A DNA stretch of 24,000 nt from an uncultured Candidatus Saccharimonadales bacterium (lineage in GTDB: Bacteria; Patescibacteriota; Saccharimonadia; UBA4664), in the NCBI GenBank assembly GCA_964530365.1, contig CAZGZY010000001.1, forward strand, positions 6,348 through 30,347. The letters run 5' to 3'. The position numbers and the translations under genes are program-made. The notes below the pieces were generated by a model that was not told the origin of the DNA, made no database searches, and was given only the letters and a program-made list of their open reading frames with translations. This document shows positions 8,786-15,829 of the stretch, piece after piece (position 1 is the stretch's first letter; each line of letters opens with the position of its first letter).

Positions 8786-9449
8786 CGCTGTCGTACCCGG
8801 AGAAGGTGTCCTGCTTGAGCCGGCGGGCTGGTAGGCTGATGGGCGGCACTAGCAGGCCGATCATGGAGGTGGGCCCAGATACATACACCAGCCGGGTGGG
8901 TAGGTCGGGGATGAGATCGGCCAGGCGGGCGGCCGTGAACGGCTCGGCCTGCTGGGTGAACGTGAGGCCGGTGGGGGCAGCGGCCCAGGCCTGGAGCTCA
9001 GCTGTGAAGGCGGCCGGGGTGTCGTGGCGGGAAGAATAAAACAGCTCGGCGCCCAGCGGGAGGCCCCGGTGGGCCCGGTCTTTGAGCAGACTAAAAAACG
9101 GTGTGATGCCGATGCCTTGGGCCACGAACACGAGCGGCCGGGCGGAGTCTTGCCAGACGAAGTCGCCGGCAGGCTCATCGAGCAGCTGGAGCTCGCCGCC
9201 TACTGGGAGCGCGGCCAGAGCCTGCTTGAAGCTACTAGCGGACAGGCGGGTGGTAATGTGTACAGCTCCCTCGTGCGGGGCTGATGAGATGGTGAAGCGG
9301 CGGCTAGTGCCCGCGAGGTCCGGGTGTGAGTGCGGCAGGCCGACGCGAATAAACTGGCCGGCGGTCCAGCTCAGAGGGGTTTCGGGTTCGAACACGAATG
9401 TCCAGATGTTTCCGGTGATGTGGTGTTTGCGGAGAAGCTTGAGGGTCAC
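8775..9449 (-). CDS. FNR-family FAD/NAD(P)-binding oxidoreductase
   Basis: RRFTISS (the RxYS FAD motif), a GELQLLDEPAGDF barrel end, LVFVAQGIGITPFFSLL (the GxGxxP NAD(P) motif) and YVSGPTSM. The ORF track starts at 9482, but that codon lies inside the terminator hairpin of the upstream gene. I therefore prefer the in-frame GTG at 9449; the start is uncertain. The 3' end overlaps the kinase gene by 11 nt (convergent). Confidence 0.7.
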   Translation of the reverse strand: MTLKLLRKHHITGNIWTFVFEPETPLSWTAGQFIRVGLPHSHPDLAGTSRRFTISSAPHEGAVHITTRLSASSFKQALAALPVGGELQLLDEPAGDFVWQDSARPLVFVAQGIGITPFFSLLKDRAHRGLPLGAELFYSSRHDTPAAFTAELQAWAAAPTGLTFTQQAEPFTAARLADLIPDLPTRLVYVSGPTSMIGLLVPPISLPARRLKQDTFSGYDSATY

Positions 9450-9474
9450 GGTACTATTATGCGCCCGCGCACAC

Positions 9475-9502
9475 AAAAACACCCCGCGGGCGGGGTGTTT
9501 TT
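9475..9502 (-). terminator. Intrinsic terminator downstream of the RRM gene (symmetric A-run/T-run)
   Basis: AAAAACACCCCG-CGGG-CGGGGTGTTTTT. It is a 7 bp GC-rich stem extendable through the flanking A/T runs, located 20 nt after the RRM gene stop (9522). Confidence 0.7.
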
Positions 9503-9521
9503 GGTTCAGGCTGACGCTAGA

Positions 9522-9800
9522 TTAGTAGCGAGGGCGAGAGTTGCGCTCAGGCATAGGCTTGGCGATGTTCACCGTCAAGCGGCGGCCATCGAGCTCCTGG
9601 TCGGCCATGAGGCGAATGGCGTTCTGAGCCTCTTCGTCGGTGCTCATCTCGACAAAGCCGAAGCCCTTCGAGCGGCCAGAGTCGCGGTCCATGATGACCT
9701 TAGCAGAAACAACGGTACCACACTTGGCAAAAGCCTCGGCGAGGGACTCGTCGGTGACGCTAAAGGGCAAGGAACCTACGAACAATTTGTTAGCTGACAT
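9522..9800 (-). CDS. RRM-type (RNP-1/RNP-2) RNA-binding protein
   Basis: RNP-2 KLFVGSL and RNP-1 KGFGFVEM at canonical spacing. 92 aa with a short basic tail. AGGAGA lies 9-14 nt upstream of the ATG. Confidence 0.9.
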   Translation of the reverse strand: MSANKLFVGSLPFSVTDESLAEAFAKCGTVVSAKVIMDRDSGRSKGFGFVEMSTDEEAQNAIRLMADQELDGRRLTVNIAKPMPERNSRPRY

Positions 9801-9832
9801 TTAATATATCTCCTATCGTCTACGGTCTTTTC

Positions 9833-9868
9833 AAAAAAATCCGGAAACTCTTAATGTTGTTCTCCGGA
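9833..9868 (-). promoter_or_regulatory. Terminator-like hairpin plus U7 inside the 5' UTR of the RRM gene
   Basis: Minus strand: UCCGGAGA-(13 nt)-UUUCCGGA, about 8 bp including one G-U, followed directly by UUUUUUU (9839-9833). It lies 33 nt upstream of the ATG and downstream of the predicted promoter. Confidence 0.35.
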
Positions 9869-9941
9869 ATGAGATTACGTTGTTGCGGAGTTACCCGCTC
9901 GACTAAACCGACAGGCAAAAGCCTGCTCCAAGATTGAGTCG

Positions 9942-9970
9942 AGTATAACACACCATGCAGGAAAACGCAA
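9942..9970 (-). promoter_or_regulatory. Sigma70-type promoter for the RRM gene
   Basis: Minus strand: TTGCGT (9970-9965), 17 nt spacer, TATACT (9947-9942), preceded by TGT (extended -10). This implies a ~135 nt 5' UTR. Confidence 0.5.
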
Positions 9971-9984
9971 CAAGCCAAGTGCGA

Positions 9985-10614
9985 TCAAGCCGGCGCTGGG
10001 ATGATAGGAATCTTTCGGACGTCTTTGCCCTTGACCCGGCCCTGCCGGTCCATCTCATACACAATTACCTCGCCGAATGGCATTTCTAAACTTTGGACTT
10101 GCTCGTCCGAGAGGCCGTCTAGATGTTTGATGAGCGCGCGTAGGGTGTTGCCATGAGCTACCAGCAGGACATTTTTGCCATGTTTGAGGTTGGGTAGGAC
10201 GCGTTTTTGGAAGTATGGGACCGCGCGGTGGTAGACATCTTGGAGGGTTTCGCCGTCGGGCACCGGCTCATTCCAGCCGCGCCGCCATTTGCTAAATTGT
10301 TCCTTGCCGTATTGCTCCTCGACGGTCCATTTGTTCATGCCGGTGAGGTCGCCGTAGTCGCGCTCGTTTAAGGCGGCGTCGGCGGCAACGGCCGGCTTCC
10401 AGTGGTTGTCTCCTAGGATGATCGACAGGGTTTCGGTGGCACGGGAGAGGGCCGAGGTGTAGGCGCGGGCGGGTTTGACATCGGCGATGGCTCTCGCCAT
10501 GAGGCTGGCTTCGTGGCGACCTTTTTTGGTGAGCGGTACGTCCCAGATGCCGGTCCAAAGCGATTTAGCGTTAAATTGCGACTCGCCATGGCGGGCTAAG
10601 ATGAGGTAAGACAT
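9985..10614 (-). CDS. gpmA: 2,3-bisphosphoglycerate-dependent phosphoglycerate mutase (histidine phosphatase superfamily)
   Basis: LILARHGESQFNAKSLWTGIWDVPLTKKG (the RHGES/N catalytic motif), SALSRATETL, and VLLVAHGNTLRAL (the second catalytic His). At 209 aa it is shorter than E. coli GpmA, so the exact substrate is less certain than the family assignment. Confidence 0.75.
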   Translation of the reverse strand: MSYLILARHGESQFNAKSLWTGIWDVPLTKKGRHEASLMARAIADVKPARAYTSALSRATETLSIILGDNHWKPAVAADAALNERDYGDLTGMNKWTVEEQYGKEQFSKWRRGWNEPVPDGETLQDVYHRAVPYFQKRVLPNLKHGKNVLLVAHGNTLRALIKHLDGLSDEQVQSLEMPFGEVIVYEMDRQGRVKGKDVRKIPIIPAPA

Positions 10615-10641
10615 ACGCTTATGCTAGCACATTTGCGGGGG

Positions 10642-11766
10642 TTAACTGTGATGTTGGTTGGTGGTGCGGATTTGCTCCCAGGGGAACTCGGCGCGGCCGA
10701 AGTGGCCGTAGGCAGCGGTGGCGCGGTAGATGGGCCGCCTGAGGTCGAGGCCGTGGATGATGCCGGCTACGGAGGTGTCGAGCAATTGGTGCATGAACGC
10801 GGTGATTTCTTCGGAGGTTGCGTGCTCGGTGCCGAAGGTTTCAACTTCTTGCATCACCGGCTTTTTGGCGCCAATGAAATAGGCTAGGGCCACTTCGGCG
10901 CGGCTGCTCAAGCCGGCGGCGACGAGGTTCTTGGCGAGATACCGGGCGGCGTAAGCGCCGGAGCGGTCGACTTTGCTGGGGTCCTTGCCGCTGAAGGCTC
11001 CCCCGCCCACGCGGGCATAGCCGCCGTAGCCGTCAACCACGATTTTGCGCCCGGTGAGGCCGGCGTCACTCTTGGGGCCGGGCTGGTGCCAGACGCCGGT
11101 GCCGTTGACCACCAGGTTGGCCGCGGTGACGTGGAAGCCGTATTCGGCGAGGATGGGCGCCACAACCTGTTGGTGGAGGTCGGCGCGCACCTGGGCCAGC
11201 GGGGTGTCCTCGTGGTGCGGCACGGCGACGGTGACGTGCGTAACTTCAACTGGCTGGTCGTTCTCGTAGCGCACCGTGACTTGGGCTTTGCCGTCGGGGC
11301 GGAGGTACTTGAGCGTGCCGGACTCGCGGGCGGTGTCGAGCGCGCGGGTGAGGCGGTGGGCCAGGGTGATGGGCATCGGCATGAACTCGGGGGTCTCGCG
11401 GCAAGCGTAGCCAAACATCATGCCCTGGTCCCCTGCCCCGTCGGCGTCGGCGCCCTGGGCGATTTCGGCCGATTGTGTGCCGAGGTAGACGTCGATTTGC
11501 GCGTTGTCGGCAAACCCCAGCGCCGGGTCGGTGTAGCCGAGGCGAGTGATCTCGGCCCGCGCAACGGCCTCGTAGTCGACCTTGGCGGTGGTTTTGATCT
11601 CGCCGAGCAGCATGAGCCGGCCCTCGGTGGCGGTGGTTTCGACGGCGGTGTGGGCGTTCGGGTCTTGCGCTAGCACGGCATCGACGATGGCGTCGCTAAT
11701 TTGGTCGCAGAGCTTGTCGGGGTGACCGGCGCAGACGGACTCGGAGGTAAACGATTGGTAGGGCAT
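10642..11766 (-). CDS. metK: S-adenosylmethionine synthetase
   Basis: MPYQSFTSESVCAGHPDKLCDQISDAIVDAVL aligns from residue 1 with MetK. Further motifs are GAGDQGMMFGYA, GGGAFSGKDPSKVDRSGAY and a TAAYGHFGR tail. I use the ATG at 11766, preceded by GAAAGGA, not the track's 11844 start, which would run through the riboswitch. Confidence 0.95.
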   Translation of the reverse strand: MPYQSFTSESVCAGHPDKLCDQISDAIVDAVLAQDPNAHTAVETTATEGRLMLLGEIKTTAKVDYEAVARAEITRLGYTDPALGFADNAQIDVYLGTQSAEIAQGADADGAGDQGMMFGYACRETPEFMPMPITLAHRLTRALDTARESGTLKYLRPDGKAQVTVRYENDQPVEVTHVTVAVPHHEDTPLAQVRADLHQQVVAPILAEYGFHVTAANLVVNGTGVWHQPGPKSDAGLTGRKIVVDGYGGYARVGGGAFSGKDPSKVDRSGAYAARYLAKNLVAAGLSSRAEVALAYFIGAKKPVMQEVETFGTEHATSEEITAFMHQLLDTSVAGIIHGLDLRRPIYRATAAYGHFGRAEFPWEQIRTTNQHHS

Positions 11767-11915
11767 GAAAAATCCTTTCATCCGGCTAGGAAGAAAGGCG
11801 CGTATGTAATCCATATCTTCCCGTGACCGGGCTAGATGTACCACCGTCGGATGGCTCCGTGGTTGGCGGCAGGTCGACGGGCTAGGTCCCTCGCTGCGCT
11901 CTTGATATTGCTATT
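11767..11915 (-). promoter_or_regulatory. SAM-I-clan riboswitch with an SD-sequestering expression platform
   Basis: Minus strand: AUAUCAAGAG-CGCAGCGAGGGAC-CUAGCCCGUCGA-CCUGCCGCCAACC-ACGGAGCCAUCCGACGGUGGUAC-AUCUAG-CCCGGUCACGGG-AAGAUAU. It matches the SAM-I landmarks AUCAAGAG, GAGGGA, GCCCGAUGA, GCAACC, GGUGC and GAAAGAU, with P1 ATATC/GATAT and a P4 hairpin CCCG-GUCA-CGGG. Downstream, CCUUUC-U-UCC-uagcc-GGA-U-GAAAGG (11798-11774) would sequester the SD GAAAGG. GGAAGA next to P1 can alternatively pair with UCUUCC. Confidence 0.75.
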
Positions 11916-11928
11916 TAGTTGTGAGGGC

Positions 11929-11957
11929 ATCATAAAGGCTTTGAGCGAATGGCGCAA
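11929..11957 (-). promoter_or_regulatory. Sigma70-type promoter driving the riboswitch-metK-gpmA unit
   Basis: Minus strand: TTGCGC (11957-11952), 17 nt spacer, TATGAT (11934-11929). It sits just after the pyrB-like stop and about 15 nt upstream of the riboswitch P1. Confidence 0.5.
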
Positions 11958-11960
11958 CGG

Positions 11961-12935
11961 CTAGTCCAAATACCCCAACACCCACTCGATGAGCGCCATG
12001 CGCGTCACCATGCCGTAATGCATTTGGCGAATGTAGGCGGCGCTGGGGGCGGTGTCGACCTCGGTTTTAATCTCACCGATACGCGGGAAGGGGTCGAGCA
12101 GTCGGGCGTGGGCGGGCAAGGCGGCGATTTCTTTGAGGCCAATAATGTATTTATCAATTGTCCCAGGATGGGCCGCCAAATACTTCTTTTGTAGATCGGT
12201 GTGGCGTTCAGCTTGGAATCTGTTCCAATAAACAATATCGGCGGTTTTGAACGCTGCTAGTGGCTCGGAGGTCTCTTCGTACTTAACGCCGGCCTTATCT
12301 AAGGTGCTCTTGATGTCGCTTTGCAATTCGAAGTTGGGGGGCGAAACGAAAGTGAAGTGGTTACCCGGGAATTTTGTTAGGACGAGAGCCAGGCTACGGA
12401 TAGTGCGGCTCTGGTTGGGGTCGATGCCGAAAACCACGTGCAGGCCTTGGAGCCGCCCAATCTCTTGCTGGATGGTGTAGAGGTCGAGCAGCGCTTGGGT
12501 GGGGTGCTCGCCGGAGCCGTCGCCGGCGTTGATAATGGGTGCGTCTGAGACGACGGCAGCCTGGGCGGCCTCGCCGGCGTTGGCGGACCGTAGCACGATT
12601 GAGCTTGGGCCATAGCAATTGATGGTGCGGATGGTGTCCTCGAGCGACTCGCCTTTAGACACCGAGGTAAACTGCACGCTCTGGGTACCGAGCACCGGCA
12701 TGCCCAGGTGGGTGGCGGCGAAGCCGAACGATTCGTAGGTGCGGGTGGACTCCTTGTAGAACAGGCGGTAGAGGATGTGCCCTGCCGGCGAGTCTCGCTC
12801 GGGGTGGCGGTGCGGCTGGTGGTGTTCGAGGTTGTATTGGATTTGGTCGGCGTGGGCAAATAAAACCCGGACGAGATCCGGGGTGAATTGGTCGGCGGAG
12901 AGGATGTGGCGAGGGCCTGTCGCGGGTGTGGGCAT
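11961..12935 (-). CDS. pyrB: Aspartate carbamoyltransferase catalytic-chain homologue
   Basis: ESTRT (carbamoyl-phosphate site), GSGEHPTQALLDLYTI (HPTQ), SRTIRS and WNRFQAER (ATCase R-x-Q-x-ER). The usual HPLPR is replaced by DPFPR. Strong GGAGG SD upstream. No other pyr gene is in the window. Confidence 0.8.
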   Translation of the reverse strand: MPTPATGPRHILSADQFTPDLVRVLFAHADQIQYNLEHHQPHRHPERDSPAGHILYRLFYKESTRTYESFGFAATHLGMPVLGTQSVQFTSVSKGESLEDTIRTINCYGPSSIVLRSANAGEAAQAAVVSDAPIINAGDGSGEHPTQALLDLYTIQQEIGRLQGLHVVFGIDPNQSRTIRSLALVLTKFPGNHFTFVSPPNFELQSDIKSTLDKAGVKYEETSEPLAAFKTADIVYWNRFQAERHTDLQKKYLAAHPGTIDKYIIGLKEIAALPAHARLLDPFPRIGEIKTEVDTAPSAAYIRQMHYGMVTRMALIEWVLGYLD

Positions 12936-13043
12936 AATACCTCCGTAAGTTGCATAAACTATACTCGGAAACGGTTTTGGCTACTAGTGACACGCCTCAC
13001 AGGTCGATGTTTAACTGAGAATTACGCCTTGCTGCTGCTCTTT

Positions 13044-13194
13044 TTCGCAAAAGTCTTTTCTTTGTCGGATTTAGGTGTACTATTTGTACCGTACAATTAG
13101 CATTTGCGACATTTAAATAAACTTTGCATTTTCGATACGTAATAATTTCCAAATTGTATTGCGAAGGGTTGAGCAAAGTTTGTGGGTTTCGCAA
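13044..13194. promoter_or_regulatory. AT-rich divergent control region with four copies of a TTGCGAA/TTCGCAA heptamer
   Basis: TTCGCAA at 13044-13050, TTGCGA(c) at 13104-13109, TTGCGAA at 13159-13165 and TTCGCAA at 13188-13194. The last two form an inverted repeat with a 22 nt spacer, 40 nt upstream of the first gene of the Hyf-like operon. The region is far more AT-rich than its flanks. Confidence 0.3.
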
Positions 13195-13233
13195 GGATGA
13201 TAAGGATAATAGCCACGTAAGGCTGCTCGGTTT

Positions 13234-13776
13234 ATGCGCGCTTTTTTAGCTAAAATTTTGTCGACACCCAAGAGTGTCATACCGGCCAACCAGATCTCTG
13301 AGACTGATCTTGAGGTGACCGAAGTTGGGGCCAAGATCCAAAGTCATGTGAAGCGGCTGTTTGGCGGCTCGCTGGCTATCCGGCAAGTGAACGCCGGTTC
13401 CGATGACGCTGCCGAGCACGAGCTCACGGCTCTCACGAACGCTTTTTACGACGTTGAGCGCTTTGGCGTGCACTTTGTGGCCTCGCCGCGCCACGCCGAT
13501 ATGCTGATGGTAACCGGACCGGTAACGCGCAACATGGCCGAGCCGCTGCGCCACGCCTACGATGCCACGCCTGAGCCGCGCATCGTGGTGGCCGTGGGTG
13601 ACGACGCGATTGACGGCGGGATTTTCCGTGGTTCGTACGCCGTCCACGATGGCGTGGAGCCGGTGATTCCAGTGCATTTTCGGATTCCTGGGGACCCGCC
13701 GTCGCCTAAGGCTATAATGGCTGGCCTACTTGAGATTCTCGGCCGGCTCGAAGTTGCCCGCGGAGAGCACAAATAA
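13234..13776 (+). CDS. hyfI: NuoB/HycG/HyfI-like 'hydrogenase small subunit' homologue, cysteine-free
   Basis: ERFGVHFVASPRHADMLMVTGPVTRNM, GGIFRGSYAV and VIPVHFRIPGDPPSP align with HycG/NuoB. The four cluster-ligand positions read GSDDAAE (vs GSCNGCE), GDDAIDGG (vs GACGNSGG) and PGDPP (vs PGCPP). The whole 180 aa protein contains no Cys. Confidence 0.85.
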   Translation: MRAFLAKILSTPKSVIPANQISETDLEVTEVGAKIQSHVKRLFGGSLAIRQVNAGSDDAAEHELTALTNAFYDVERFGVHFVASPRHADMLMVTGPVTRNMAEPLRHAYDATPEPRIVVAVGDDAIDGGIFRGSYAVHDGVEPVIPVHFRIPGDPPSPKAIMAGLLEILGRLEVARGEHK

Positions 13777-15827
13777 TGCTGTCGGCCCTCGCGAATTCTT
13801 CGAGCTTCCTCGCTCTTATTGGGATCTTTGTGGCCGGCGCGGTCGGCTCGCTCATTGTTCGCCGCAACGACCGTTTGGCCAACAGGTGGGGCAACTTCTT
13901 TGCGATTGTCGGCTCGCTGTGGGGGCTAGCCTTTGCCTCCGCGGTGCTTATTTCGGGCCACAATGTGGCAATACAGGGTATTGTTTCGGACTTTCCCTTC
14001 CTGTCGTTAACGTTTCAGATCGATAAATTGGGCGCGTTCTTCATTCTGGCCATTAGCTTGATCGCGCTGTTTTGCTCGGTTTACGCCGTTGACTACATAA
14101 AGGACTATTACCACCGTTATAGCATTGGCGGCTTGGGCTTCTTCTACAATTTGTTTATTGCCGCGATGGTCCTGGTGGTGGGCGCGGCCAACGGTATCGT
14201 GTTTTTGATTGCCTGGGAAGTAATGTCGTTGGCGTCGTATTTTTTGGTGACCTACGACCGGCGCGACCCCAATAACGTGAAGGCTGGTTATTTGTATTTG
14301 GTGATGACGCACGTGGGGACGGCCTTTATTCTGCTCGCGTTCATTTTGCTCTACGCTTCCACTGGATCGTTCGATTTTGACGCCATTAAGGCCGGTGCCG
14401 CGGCAATGCCGCAATTGCTCAAGGATGCGGTGTTCGGGCTGGCTTTTATTGGTTTTGGCACCAAGGCCGGCGTGATTCCGGTTCACATTTGGCTGCCCTC
14501 GGCCCATCCGGCCGCGCCGTCGCACGTGTCGGCCCTGATGAGTGGCGTGATGATCAAGATGGGCATCTACATGATGGTCCGGATGTTCCTCGATATTCTC
14601 CAGCCCGTGCCAACCTGGTGGGGAGTGGCGGTGCTCGTGGTGGGCGCGGTGTCGTGTGTGCTAGGCGTGCTGTATGCGCTCACCGAGCATGATATTAAGC
14701 GCTTGCTGGCATACCACAGCATCGAGAACATTGGCATTATTTTGCTCGGGGTGGGTGGTGCGCTGGTCTTTTCCTCGCTGCACCTGCCGGCGTTGATGAT
14801 GCTCTCGCTGGGCGCCGCGCTGTTTCACACCCTCAACCACGCCATTTTTAAATCGCTGCTGTTCTTGGGCGCCGGCTCGGTGATCCACGCCATGCATACG
14901 CGCAACATCGAGGAGTACGGCGGATTGGCTCGGCTCATGCCGGTCACGGCGGTGTTCTTCCTGATTGGCTCGATGGCCATCTCGGCATTGCCACCGTTTA
15001 ACGGGTTCTTTAGCGAGTGGTTTACCTTCCAGGCCTTGTTCCATGGCGCAATGTCGGGGGACTTGGTGGTGAAGTGGGCGTTTTTGATCGCGATTGGCGC
15101 ATTGGCGCTCACCGGGGGCCTAGCGCTGGCCTGTTTCGTGAAGGCCTACGGCGCCACTTTCCAGGCCCGCCCGCGCAGTGAGGCCGCCAAACACGCCCAC
15201 GAAGTGCCATTCGGCATGAAGGCCGCGATGGCCGGCCTAGCGCTATTGTGCGTGGCGGTGGGCGCGACGGCCGCGCCGGTGCTCACGGCGCTGTCAGACA
15301 TCGCCCGGCAGGTGGTGGGCGTCCCTCAGGTGGCCGCCATTACCAGCGTTTCGGCCACCCAAGTACTCACTGTGGCTCACGGTTATGCCGCGGTGTGGCC
15401 GCCAGCTTTGCTCGGCCTCCTGTTGGCGGTGCCGATATTGGTGTGGCTGGTGGTGCGCTTTGGCGTGAACGCCAAGCAAAAGGTGGTGATTGGCTCCACC
15501 TGGGACTGTGGCACGGAGTTGACCGAGCGGATGGAGATTACCTCGACCGGCTTTGCTCGCTCAATCATAATGATTTTCCGCGGCGTTCTGAAGCCGACCA
15601 TCCAGCACCAGATCGAGTACGACGACTCCGCTAGCCGCTACATGCCCACATCCCGGACAGTTTCGCTCGGAGTAGACGACGTTTACCACAAGTACTCATA
15701 TGGGCCAATGTATGACTCCGCGGTAGCGGTTTCCCGGTTTATCAAACGTATCCAAAATGGCAACATCAATTCATACGTGTTGTATATATTCATTGTTTTG
15801 GTCATTACCTTGCTGGTGGGAGTGTAG
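13776..15827 (+). CDS. hyfB: HyfB/HycC-like (NuoL/MrpA-type) antiporter-like membrane subunit
   Basis: 683 aa polytopic protein. Motifs: IAWEVMSLASYFLV, GFGTKAGVIPVHIWLPSAHPAAPSHVSALMSGVMIK, LLAYHSIENIG, HAIFKSLLFLGAG and PPFNGFFSEW. The start overlaps the upstream stop (TAATG). Confidence 0.9.
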   Translation: MLSALANSSSFLALIGIFVAGAVGSLIVRRNDRLANRWGNFFAIVGSLWGLAFASAVLISGHNVAIQGIVSDFPFLSLTFQIDKLGAFFILAISLIALFCSVYAVDYIKDYYHRYSIGGLGFFYNLFIAAMVLVVGAANGIVFLIAWEVMSLASYFLVTYDRRDPNNVKAGYLYLVMTHVGTAFILLAFILLYASTGSFDFDAIKAGAAAMPQLLKDAVFGLAFIGFGTKAGVIPVHIWLPSAHPAAPSHVSALMSGVMIKMGIYMMVRMFLDILQPVPTWWGVAVLVVGAVSCVLGVLYALTEHDIKRLLAYHSIENIGIILLGVGGALVFSSLHLPALMMLSLGAALFHTLNHAIFKSLLFLGAGSVIHAMHTRNIEEYGGLARLMPVTAVFFLIGSMAISALPPFNGFFSEWFTFQALFHGAMSGDLVVKWAFLIAIGALALTGGLALACFVKAYGATFQARPRSEAAKHAHEVPFGMKAAMAGLALLCVAVGATAAPVLTALSDIARQVVGVPQVAAITSVSATQVLTVAHGYAAVWPPALLGLLLAVPILVWLVVRFGVNAKQKVVIGSTWDCGTELTERMEITSTGFARSIIMIFRGVLKPTIQHQIEYDDSASRYMPTSRTVSLGVDDVYHKYSYGPMYDSAVAVSRFIKRIQNGNINSYVLYIFIVLVITLLVGV

Positions 15828-15829
15828 TT

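Noticed and set aside
8775-9449. The FNR-like oxidoreductase as the missing electron-input partner of the Hyf-like module
   Set aside because: It is about 4 kb away on the opposite strand, in a separate transcription unit bracketed by unrelated genes and a terminator. Nothing in the sequence links them.
10642-11844. The 400 aa metK ORF starting at 11844
   Set aside because: The extra 26 codons (MVHLARSREDMDYIRAFLPSRMKGFF) run through the riboswitch P1 and expression platform. MetK homology begins exactly at the ATG at 11766, which has its own SD.
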